Assembly (NCBI GenBank): GCA_013388835.1
Contig: JACAEL010000014.1
Location: forward strand, 161,528 to 225,527
Reading direction: 5' to 3'
Length of the DNA stretch: 64,000 nucleotides
Origin: Candidatus Thorarchaeota archaeon
Lineage (GTDB): Archaea; Asgardarchaeota; Thorarchaeia; Thorarchaeales; Thorarchaeaceae
In this document: positions 46,965-54,754 of the stretch, piece by piece
How positions within the stretch are numbered: position 1 is the stretch's first letter
Layout of the letters: every line of letters starts with the position of its first letter
Program-made: the position numbers and the translations under genes
Notes under the pieces: model-generated
Database searches by the model: none
The model's input: the letters and a program-made list of their open reading frames with translations, nothing else
Told to the model about the DNA's origin: nothing

Positions 46965-46974
46965 GCTTTAAACG
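46965..46974 (+). promoter_or_regulatory. TATA-like box in the vps4 / ESCRT-III divergent spacer
   Basis: gctttaaacg lies about 55 nt upstream of the ESCRT-III start at 47025, in a 152-nt spacer. Confidence 0.35.
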
Positions 46975-47024
46975 TTTATCCGCAGTTGATGGTCTGTACT
47001 TGAGCAGCTGGAGATGGCGCAGTA

Positions 47025-47642
47025 TTGAAGTCCGTGAAGAAGGCGTTCACATGGGGAAGGAAACGACCCGATGCAGCAGAAGTCAGCAGCCAGCTCAGAG
47101 TCCTCGCAAAACAGCTTGAGCGGGAGAGGAATCGACTGGAGAAAGAGGAACGCGAAAACAAGGCCCGCGCAGTTAAGGCAAGGAAGGAGGGCCATATCGA
47201 GGCGTATCGCATGTACGCCGCCGAGATGGTTCGCTTCAGAAGATACGCACTTGGTGTGGACAGATCGCGTCTGCAGATGTTGAAGATCCTGGCGCATCTG
47301 ACTCGCGCACAGACGACTGCTCGTGCAACGATGGCGCTGGACCAAGTGGCAAGTATCTTGGGCATCATTGGAACCAGCACAGATGCCACCAAAGTGGTGG
47401 AGAACCTCGATGAGATCACTCGACGTCTTGAGGAGTTCGAGATAGAGAGCGGTATCACTGACGAAGCATTCGACATGGCCAGCGGGTCGCAGGTGTCTTC
47501 GGAAGACCTCTCCGCTGCAATGGCTGAGATAGATGCTGCCGCAGGAATGGGCGAGGCCGCACCGGTCGCGGCACGACCGGTTTCCGAAGCTGAGGAGCTC
47601 GAAGAGGCAATAAAGTCGCTCGAGCGAGAACTGGGTGTGTGA
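47025..47642 (+). CDS. ESCRT-III (Snf7 family, Vps2/24/46-like) protein
   Basis: 205 aa with a TTG start (GTG alternative at 47034). The basic helical hairpin is QLRVLAKQLERERNRLEKEERENKARAVKARKEGHIEAYRMYAAEMVRFRR. The C-terminus is acidic and ends in a MIM1-like EELEEAIKSLERELGV. Confidence 0.85.
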   Translation: MKSVKKAFTWGRKRPDAAEVSSQLRVLAKQLERERNRLEKEERENKARAVKARKEGHIEAYRMYAAEMVRFRRYALGVDRSRLQMLKILAHLTRAQTTARATMALDQVASILGIIGTSTDATKVVENLDEITRRLEEFEIESGITDEAFDMASGSQVSSEDLSAAMAEIDAAAGMGEAAPVAARPVSEAEELEEAIKSLERELGV

Positions 47643-47675
47643 TTGACACTACGTCCGAGTAAGACGTCCTGAGAG

Positions 47676-49244
47676 TCATGCGAAGTCCCTGGAACTGCGC
47701 GACAGGTACTCAAGCATACGCCTGTTGATGTAGGACTCCCGCATCAAGTCCCTGTATCTCCTGATGAACTCCTCCGTGACTACCCTTCCCCTCTTCAGAT
47801 CCTCCACCGTGTCTTGGAGGGCCCGACCAATCTCCTCGTGCTCGCGCCGCAGGCGTCTGATCTCCGGAGTGTCACGGCCGTCCCACCGACCCCCTCGGTT
47901 GTAGACCCGTCCGGGTTCCATGTCCTCTTCAGAGTCTGTTGCAAATGGTGGGGCTGCTGAAGTCCTCGGGACCTGTCCAGCCGCCGGATATATGTCCGAA
48001 CTACCTGTCCCGAGAGTATCTCTGTGTACTCCGCCAGTGCTTTTCGTCTGCTGCTGTCTTCTACCGGGCAACAGAAGCGAGTATACCAGCTCCTCAATCT
48101 TGAGCCTTGCGTCGCTCACACCCACATCGTTCTTCTCGAGCCTTCTCACCCTCTGCAGGTCGCTCTGAACGTACTTGTCAAACTTCTTGGCAATCTCGAT
48201 GTAGTCTGTGATAACTCTCTGAGTGTGTTCGTCACAGGCGATTCGTATCTCGCCTTGGCGCAGTTTCAGTACAAGCCGCTTCCTCAGACGGCCATCTTCT
48301 CCCATTGATGTGAGGTAGAGAAGGGGAAAGTCGAAGACAATCTCTCTCTTCTTTCGGATGGTCCCAGTCGCGGCAACAAACAGAATCCTCTTGTTCGTCA
48401 CATAGAGGCAACCGGTCGCCTTGTCTGTCTTCAGAAAGTCGCTACCCACTATCCTGATTTCAGGCAGTGCACACACAGGAAGCTCGTTCACCTGCAATTC
48501 CGAATACTCGTAGAAGCTCGCAAACTCCCTTCTATAGTAGTCTAGTCCTTCGAGCTGAGTCGTGAGTTCTGTGAGTTCACGTGAACAGCTCTCAAGTGCT
48601 TCGTCCACTGACTGTCTGTACTGATTGCCTATGTCTGCAAGACGGCTCACTATGCCTTCGATGAATGGAAACTGATCCACGCTCCACTCAGACTGGTTCA
48701 TCAGACCCTTGGTCTCTGCGGCCATGCGCCTTGCGGATGTGTCAGCTTGATTGACTATTCTGCTCTTGATGCCGGGCAGTTCCTGTTGAAGCTTCTCTGT
48801 TTTGTCTTCCAGCCAACGAAAAGCGAGGAAGTTCGCCATGCGCAGGGAGACAAGCATTCTCTTCGCCATGGTGAGTCTGTTGCTGAACTCCCTTAGCTTC
48901 ACATGACCGTATTGGATTGACATGAATCCCCGTTTCATGTCCTGCCCCAGCCTTCTCCGTTTCTCTTCTATCTCCAGCACCCTTGTGGAGTGGCACTGTG
49001 GGCAGGTCTCTTCGATGTGCTTTCCAGTACTGATGTTCTCAGAGTCGCACTCGGCACACTTTCGAGGTTTCTCGGCATTCTGAACAGTACCGAGACTGGC
49101 GTGGCAGTTTCCGCACACATAGAACTCGTTGGAGCGGGTTGTGAGACAGTCCAGACACAGAAGCTGGCCGCACTCCTCACACATGTGCGTTGCCTTTGTC
49201 GCCTTGCAGGACGCGCATACCTGTGAAGAAGGGTCCTGTCTCAC
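47676..49244 (-). CDS. multidomain protein: B-box-like cross-brace zinc finger, zinc ribbon, coiled coil, PH/GRAM-like domain, C-terminal steadiness-box-like helix pair (candidate ESCRT-I Vps23 analogue)
   Basis: 522 aa. The first zinc finger is C10-x2-C-x8-C-x2-C-x4-C-x2-C-x10-C-x2-C(H); the zinc ribbon is C63-x2-C...C81-x2-C. Residues 100-255 are helical. Residues ~258-356 read GCLYVTNKRILFVAATGTIRKKREIVFDFPLLYLTSMG...LVLKLRQGEIRIACD (PH/GRAM/bPH pattern). Residues ~462-515 read RRLRREHEEIGRALQDTVEDLKRGRVVTEEFIRRYRDLMRESYINRRMLEYL. Confidence 0.6.
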   Translation of the reverse strand: MRQDPSSQVCASCKATKATHMCEECGQLLCLDCLTTRSNEFYVCGNCHASLGTVQNAEKPRKCAECDSENISTGKHIEETCPQCHSTRVLEIEEKRRRLGQDMKRGFMSIQYGHVKLREFSNRLTMAKRMLVSLRMANFLAFRWLEDKTEKLQQELPGIKSRIVNQADTSARRMAAETKGLMNQSEWSVDQFPFIEGIVSRLADIGNQYRQSVDEALESCSRELTELTTQLEGLDYYRREFASFYEYSELQVNELPVCALPEIRIVGSDFLKTDKATGCLYVTNKRILFVAATGTIRKKREIVFDFPLLYLTSMGEDGRLRKRLVLKLRQGEIRIACDEHTQRVITDYIEIAKKFDKYVQSDLQRVRRLEKNDVGVSDARLKIEELVYSLLLPGRRQQQTKSTGGVHRDTLGTGSSDIYPAAGQVPRTSAAPPFATDSEEDMEPGRVYNRGGRWDGRDTPEIRRLRREHEEIGRALQDTVEDLKRGRVVTEEFIRRYRDLMRESYINRRMLEYLSRSSRDFA

Positions 49245-49423
49245 CTCATGTCCTCCCGGGCTGTTTCTGTTCAGTGGGTATCATTGTCCAAGAATGACCG
49301 TTCAATGCGAGATGGACAAGATTGGACACAGGAATCTTGTCACTCCCAAGAAACGGCATTGGGGTCACTCCTCGAGGCCTTTTGAAGTGTCGAGTTGACC
49401 TCAGTTGAGAGGCCTCTGCAAAG

Positions 49424-49434
49424 AAATATATAAA
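49424..49434. promoter_or_regulatory. strong TATA box in a 460-nt non-coding gap
   Basis: aaatatataaa lies 270 nt upstream of the tldD ATG and 180 nt upstream of the minus-strand gene start at 49244. Confidence 0.45.
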
Positions 49435-49706
49435 CCCCCATATGACAGGTCCGTGAATCTCTAGGCTCCTGTTGGCGTTGCCAGCTCACTCATAGCGTCA
49501 GAGCATCATTAGGTTGACAGAGGGAGATTCGATGCTCTCCCGTCCGTTCCACCCGTCTTCGCTGTCTGCACGCATGTCTGGGACTAATCAGTGTTCCCGG
49601 CATGGATGGACATGCGATTGAGTGGTCACTGTCCGCGTGGATGGTGGCTCTTGTCCGGTTCAAAGATGTTATAACTCACTCACGGCGTCCTCGAACTGTG
49701 AGGTCT

Positions 49707-51092
49707 ATGGAAGAGCTTGCGCGAGCTGCAGTGGAGTCTGCCCTCAATGCTGGTGCGGAGTTCGCTGACATAAGGATTGAAGACTCCACTTCCACAATGA
49801 TAGAGATAGTGGATGGAGTCACGAAACGATCTCTTGCATCCCACTTCAAGGGTGCGGGAGTCAGGGCCTTTGTTGAAGGGGCATGGGCCTTTGCTCAGAC
49901 CACAGAGCTCACACCTAGCGGCATGAGGGAGACCGGTGCTTCTGCGGCAAGACTGGCCTCCGTCACAAAGAAGCGTGCGTCGGAAAAGTTCCGGATTGAT
50001 GGGCCCTCCTTTAGGGGCCGTGTACACTATCGTGTCATGACCCACTTTGCGGACATCCCCATTGAGGACAGAGTGGCGTTTGCAAAGTTCATTGATGACC
50101 AAGCACGTGACTTCGACAGAAGGATAGTGACGACGCGCACAGTGTATAGCGACTTGTGGATGACGGTCTTTGTGGCCAATTCACTGGGCACAGAAGTCTA
50201 CTTTGAGAATGCGCTGCCTAGGGTCTCGTCCATTCCCACCGCCAAAGATGGCACTAGTCGACAGGGGGGTCACAAGACTCTTGGACTCCGTGGTGGTTTC
50301 GAGGTCATGCGTACACCGGAAGCACAGCATGTGGGTGAGGAAGCCGCACAGCTCGCAGTGGAGCTGCTATCCTCCAAAGTTGCAAAGGGTGGGATAAGTG
50401 ATGTGATTATGGACCCGGTACTGAATGGAGTGATGGTCCATGAGGCATTTGGACATGCGTGTGAGGCGGACAACTGGCCTGCGCATGCCACTGTACTTGA
50501 AGACCGGGTGGGTACACAAGTCGGTCCGGAAACCCTGTGTCTGAGTGACGATCCGACTCTGCCGGGTCGCCGTGGTTCTTTCGAGTATGACTGGGAGGGC
50601 ACGAAGACACGCAAGCGACATCTGGTCATGAATGGTGTGCTGACCGAGCTACTACACAGTCTTGAGACCTCATCTCGCCTTGGGATGGAGCCCAATGGAG
50701 CGGCCCGTGCTCAGTCATTCATGTCAGTTCCCATTCCACGGATGAGCAACACTTTCATGGAGCCCGGTGACTGGGATGTTGATGAACTGATTCAGGACAC
50801 CAAGAGCGGCATGATTCTATGCGACTTCAACTATGGCTACACAGACCCCTCCAAGGGTCAGTTCATGTTTCAAGCCTCGCATGGTTACCTCATAGAGAAC
50901 GGTGAGAGGGGGCAAATCATTCGGGACGTCTCCCTTGCTGGTCAAATCCTTGAGGTCCTGGCCAAGGTGGATGCGGTGGCGAAGGACTTTCATCTGGACG
51001 CGGGCTCCTGTGGAAAGAATGGTCAGACGGTACCAGACATGAGCGGTGGGCCACATGCCAGGATTCGGCAAGTGCCCGTCGGAGGTGTTTGA
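49707..51092 (+). CDS. tldD: TldD family metalloprotease subunit
   Basis: It starts ARAAVESALNAGAEFADIRIED and contains HEAFGHACEAD (HExxxH-type site) and GGPHARI near the end. ATG at 49707 is preferred to 49602. Confidence 0.85.
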   Translation: MEELARAAVESALNAGAEFADIRIEDSTSTMIEIVDGVTKRSLASHFKGAGVRAFVEGAWAFAQTTELTPSGMRETGASAARLASVTKKRASEKFRIDGPSFRGRVHYRVMTHFADIPIEDRVAFAKFIDDQARDFDRRIVTTRTVYSDLWMTVFVANSLGTEVYFENALPRVSSIPTAKDGTSRQGGHKTLGLRGGFEVMRTPEAQHVGEEAAQLAVELLSSKVAKGGISDVIMDPVLNGVMVHEAFGHACEADNWPAHATVLEDRVGTQVGPETLCLSDDPTLPGRRGSFEYDWEGTKTRKRHLVMNGVLTELLHSLETSSRLGMEPNGAARAQSFMSVPIPRMSNTFMEPGDWDVDELIQDTKSGMILCDFNYGYTDPSKGQFMFQASHGYLIENGERGQIIRDVSLAGQILEVLAKVDAVAKDFHLDAGSCGKNGQTVPDMSGGPHARIRQVPVGGV

Positions 51093-52443
51093 ATTGGCGA
51101 CGGATCTCTTTGCTGTTGGTGACTTGGCGCTGACTGAGGCCAACCGTCTGGGGGCAAACCAAGCTGAGGTCTATCTTGCGGCCTCTAGATCCTTCACGAT
51201 TGAGGTCGAGAACAACTCCATAAAGACTGCACTGGAGCGACGCGATGCCGGTGTGGGTGTCAGGACCGTGGCAGGAAAGGGCATCGGATTCGCATACGTC
51301 ACCACACTTCAGCGAGATGATGTTCTGGAGGCTGTTCGGACTTCCTATGCTCTTGCGCGGGCGTCTGTCGAAGATCCGCAGTTCGTGAGTCTTCCCTCAT
51401 ATGATGGCAAGTATCCCTCGGTCCCCGGTCTCTACGACAAGCGGATTGCTGAGCTCAGTTCCGAGGAGGCTGCAGACATCATCATTCGTATGGTGGATGC
51501 CACCAAGTCCGGTCTTGAAGGAAGGAACGTTGCGATAGAAGCACGGTTGAATGCGTCAAGCGGCACGGTAGCCATAGTCAACTCGGTTGGTGTGCGAGTG
51601 AGCGGCACAGACACCTCCATTTCGGTATTCAGTTCTCCAGTAATCAAGGAGGGCAATGACCAGACATCATCATTCGAGTTTCAGGTTGGACGGCAGCTGA
51701 AGGATGTGAACCCGGAGTGGGTTGGCTCATCAGCGGCTGAGAATGCGCTTCGGAATCTCGGAGCAAAGACGATCGAAGGCGGGGAAATGCCCGTTCTGTT
51801 CGACCCCATTGCGGTTGGTGCTGTTCTGGGCGACGGCTTTGGTGTGGCTGTCAATGCCGAGGAGGTGCAGTACGGACGTTCATACATTAGTGATGCATTC
51901 GGTCAGGAGATTGCCGCTCCTGAGCTTCATGTCGTTGACAACGGATTCCTTCCGGGCGCGTTGGGGTCCAGAGTATTCGATGCCGAGGGCTATCCGTCTC
52001 AGAAGACTGAGCTTCTGTCCTCTGGGGTCCTGAAGAGTCTACTCCACAACTCGTACACCGCTGCAAAGGACTCGGTGGAGAACACCGGAAATGCCAGCCG
52101 TGCTTCCTATGCAGGTGTGCCGGGAATCGCCCCCAGCAATCTTGTTGTGATGCAGGGGCGAGGCAGTCAGGAAGACCTCATCTCCGAGATACGTCGTGGT
52201 GTCCTCTGCCGCCAGACGGGTGACAGACCAAACATGACGACTGGCGACCTCAGTGCCATGATTATGGAGGGTGCCTACATAGAGGATGGAGAACTGAAGC
52301 ATGCTCTGAAGGGCACACTGATTGGAATCAACATGAGAGACCTTCTGATGCGTGTCACTCGTGTGGCTGCTGACACGAGATCGACGCCAGACGTAATATC
52401 GCCTTCAATAGTCATCGAGTCAGCGAAGGTCACATCGGGCTAG
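51046..52443 (+). CDS. pmbA: PmbA/TldE family protein (TldD partner)
   Basis: It has ANQAEVYLAASRSFTIEVENNSI, a Gly-rich core, and ends SPSIVIESAKVTSG. The true start is probably a TTG/GTG near 51095, just after the tldD stop. Confidence 0.8.
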   Translation: MGHMPGFGKCPSEVFELATDLFAVGDLALTEANRLGANQAEVYLAASRSFTIEVENNSIKTALERRDAGVGVRTVAGKGIGFAYVTTLQRDDVLEAVRTSYALARASVEDPQFVSLPSYDGKYPSVPGLYDKRIAELSSEEAADIIIRMVDATKSGLEGRNVAIEARLNASSGTVAIVNSVGVRVSGTDTSISVFSSPVIKEGNDQTSSFEFQVGRQLKDVNPEWVGSSAAENALRNLGAKTIEGGEMPVLFDPIAVGAVLGDGFGVAVNAEEVQYGRSYISDAFGQEIAAPELHVVDNGFLPGALGSRVFDAEGYPSQKTELLSSGVLKSLLHNSYTAAKDSVENTGNASRASYAGVPGIAPSNLVVMQGRGSQEDLISEIRRGVLCRQTGDRPNMTTGDLSAMIMEGAYIEDGELKHALKGTLIGINMRDLLMRVTRVAADTRSTPDVISPSIVIESAKVTSG

Positions 52444-52457
52444 CAGATGGTCGCTGT

Positions 52458-54407
52458 TCACATACGGTCTACTACCGGTATACCAAGGAGTGCCATGCAG
52501 TTCGCCATTGTTGTCTTGAATGCCTTGACCAGCTCAAGTCTGGCTGCTGCCACGTGAGGTTCTGCCTTGAGGACCGGGCAGGTGTCGTAGAACTTGCTGA
52601 AGAGTGTGGCGAGTCCGTTGCAATACGCCGCTATTCTGTTGGAAGTGAAAGACGTACCCCAGACACTCTGCCTCATTCCTCTGACGACCTCCAGCACCTC
52701 ATCCGGGAACCGCGCAATGGCCTTCACAAGGCTGAACTCGGCCTCGGAGCTGATAGCGCGAAAGTCCGGCATTGGCAGTGTTTCCCCCTCAGCTCTCTCC
52801 AATATCCTCTGCGCCCTAGCGTATGAGTACTGCAGATACGGCCCCGTGTCACCGTCAAAGTCAAGTACTTCTCCCCATCTGAAAGTGATTTTCCTCTCTG
52901 GTGATGCCTTCAGCATGAAGTAACGGAGGGCACCAACTGCGACTTCTCTTGCAACTCGGGCTTTGAACTCATCGTCCTCATCCGGGTTCCGCTTCGCGAC
53001 CTCTTCTCTGGCAAGCTCCTCGGCCTTGTCAAGCACCTCGTCACAGGTGTGGCCCAGCCACGTCCCCTTTCTGCCCGAGAATGCTGTTTCTTCGAGTCCG
53101 ACAAACTCGTATGCAATATGACGGGAGTTCTCACTCTGCTTCTTATACCCCATCAGTGCGAGAAGGGTATAGATCAGCTTCTGGGGGTGCGCCTGTCCAG
53201 AGGCTATGACGTTGAACACGTAGTCGAACTGACCGAGGTCGTGTCTCTCTCCTCGAAGTACTGAACGATAGACGGGCTTGCCATTCGGCTGCATCTCAAA
53301 GAGTTCGTACTGGAACGGGTCTTTGGTGATGCCAAACTTCCACATCTGAAATACGAGGTCTGCACCGGTATATGTCCTTGTGCCGTCAGAGCGAAAGAGT
53401 ATCTTCTGGGTCTCCTTCATCTCTCTGAACTCTTCAATTGTCTCTAGGTTGGCGACGATGCAGCCTGCCTTGTCCCCCTCTTGTGGCATGCTAATGAAGT
53501 CATGTCTTAGCAGTTCCTGCTTTGCTGACTCCAGAAGCCCACTGTGCGCTATGACACTCTCCCAGATCTGGTAGTCGTGGTATATTCCAAGCCGATACGA
53601 TGTCTGGTTCTGCGCTCTCACACATTCTGAGACCATCTTTTCTGCAAATGCGGACATCTCTGAGGAGGGGTCCTCGAGTTCTCTGGATATCTGACGTACT
53701 CCCTCCTCGACCGTCTTGTCCCCTTCGTATTCGGCCTGCACTTCAACATACAGCTTTCCGAGATAGTGGTCGTACTTCTGCTTCCCTTTCTTCTTCTTTG
53801 TCCTGCGAAGCTTCCAAGCGACTTGTGCTATCTGCAACCCCAGGTTGTTGATGTAGTCAATCCTGAGTACTTCATAGCCAGTGGCCTCCAGGATATTGGC
53901 AAGAGAGTCGCCGATGATGGCGTTGCGGGCATGACCTATGTGCCATGGCTTCGAAGGGTTGACTGCAGGTGACTCTATCAGCGCCCTATTGCCCTTGAAT
54001 GTGTCCGTGTGGCCATATCTGTTCTGGAGGGCAGTCACAGCACCTATTGTGAGTTCGGTCAGGACACCCCGGTCCACGAAGAGGTTGATGTAGGGTCCGC
54101 TTACCTCAACCCTGGAGAAGAGCGGCCTACTCACTAACAGCGACTGAAGCCTTGTGCCCACATCCTTGGCTATGACTGCAGGGTTCTTCTTCAGCTTCTT
54201 GGCCAACAGAAACGCAACGGTCGTGGCGATGTCACCAAGACTGGGGTCTGGTGGCACCTCCAATGCGCTCTCAACCGCCTCTGTCTCAAGTGATGTAGCC
54301 TCCGCTATCACATTGACCGCAGAGTTCACCACGTCTCTCCAAGGGTTGTTCGAACTTTCAGTCCGCACCGCTCTGGTCACCTTGCTGGCTGTCGTCTGCG
54401 ACTTCAC
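52458..54407 (-). CDS. argS: arginyl-tRNA synthetase
   Basis: 649 aa. It has an N-terminal Arg_tRNA_synt_N-like domain, the HIGH motif PWHIGHARNAIIGD, and a C-terminal DALR anticodon-binding domain (...LLGIPVVDRM). Confidence 0.9.
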   Translation of the reverse strand: MKSQTTASKVTRAVRTESSNNPWRDVVNSAVNVIAEATSLETEAVESALEVPPDPSLGDIATTVAFLLAKKLKKNPAVIAKDVGTRLQSLLVSRPLFSRVEVSGPYINLFVDRGVLTELTIGAVTALQNRYGHTDTFKGNRALIESPAVNPSKPWHIGHARNAIIGDSLANILEATGYEVLRIDYINNLGLQIAQVAWKLRRTKKKKGKQKYDHYLGKLYVEVQAEYEGDKTVEEGVRQISRELEDPSSEMSAFAEKMVSECVRAQNQTSYRLGIYHDYQIWESVIAHSGLLESAKQELLRHDFISMPQEGDKAGCIVANLETIEEFREMKETQKILFRSDGTRTYTGADLVFQMWKFGITKDPFQYELFEMQPNGKPVYRSVLRGERHDLGQFDYVFNVIASGQAHPQKLIYTLLALMGYKKQSENSRHIAYEFVGLEETAFSGRKGTWLGHTCDEVLDKAEELAREEVAKRNPDEDDEFKARVAREVAVGALRYFMLKASPERKITFRWGEVLDFDGDTGPYLQYSYARAQRILERAEGETLPMPDFRAISSEAEFSLVKAIARFPDEVLEVVRGMRQSVWGTSFTSNRIAAYCNGLATLFSKFYDTCPVLKAEPHVAAARLELVKAFKTTMANCMALLGIPVVDRM

Positions 54408-54582
54408 CGTTCATAAACGATGCGATGCTTGTTAGGAGTCTCTGGTCCAGACTCCGGCCCCTTCTGGACATGCTTGTTTCTGCTCGCTGCTCTCCGTTCC
54501 GCTTATCAAAAGGTGCTACGTTTGTCGTCTGTCTGTACGGAATCGTTAGCCCTATAATTCTCAATTGGCTTATTATCTATTG

Positions 54583-54590
54583 TATATAAA
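54583..54590 (+). promoter_or_regulatory. consensus TATA box in the AT-rich argS / tfb divergent region
   Basis: tatataaa lies within the AT-rich segment at about 54545-54625. A second TATA-like element (cctataattc, 54551-54560) may serve the minus strand. Confidence 0.55.
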
Positions 54591-54630
54591 CCGTGCAAAC
54601 CCTTATTTATGTTTGCTGATTGGGCATAGT

Positions 54631-54648
54631 GTTCTCTCATCAGAGAAC
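54631..54648 (+). promoter_or_regulatory. perfect 7-bp inverted repeat downstream of the TATA box (tfb leader/operator candidate)
   Basis: gttctct-catc-agagaac starts about 41 nt downstream of the TATA box and about 105 nt upstream of the tfb ATG. Confidence 0.35.
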
Positions 54649-54754
54649 TCTCCCCGCTTCCGCGTCACGAACGTTGTCCGCCATGCGCCGTGGTGGACAT
54701 CTCGCATAGGTTCCTAGACAGCTCTGATCGATCAGTGATCATCGACGGGCCTGC

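Noticed and set aside
45098-47713. Long antisense ORFs 45098-45871 (+), 45547-45915 (+) and 46976-47713 (-) opposite vps25, vps4 and ESCRT-III
   Set aside because: These are Ser/Arg/Leu-rich shadow frames of well-supported genes on the other strand. Other ORFs were dismissed for the same reason: 241-699, 1835-2380, 11545-12069, 27473-27874 and 38754-39461.
47700-47861. Reading the C-terminal helix pair of the 522-aa protein as a SHOCT domain, and its beta-sandwich as a plain bacterial PH domain
   Set aside because: This reading is not fully rejected. bPH plus SHOCT is a common prokaryotic pairing, and LKRGRVVTEEF fits SHOCT too. I favour the steadiness-box reading because of the longer match (…FIRRYRDLMRESYINRRML…), the ESCRT neighbourhood and the Vps28-like partner. 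Only profile searches can decide.
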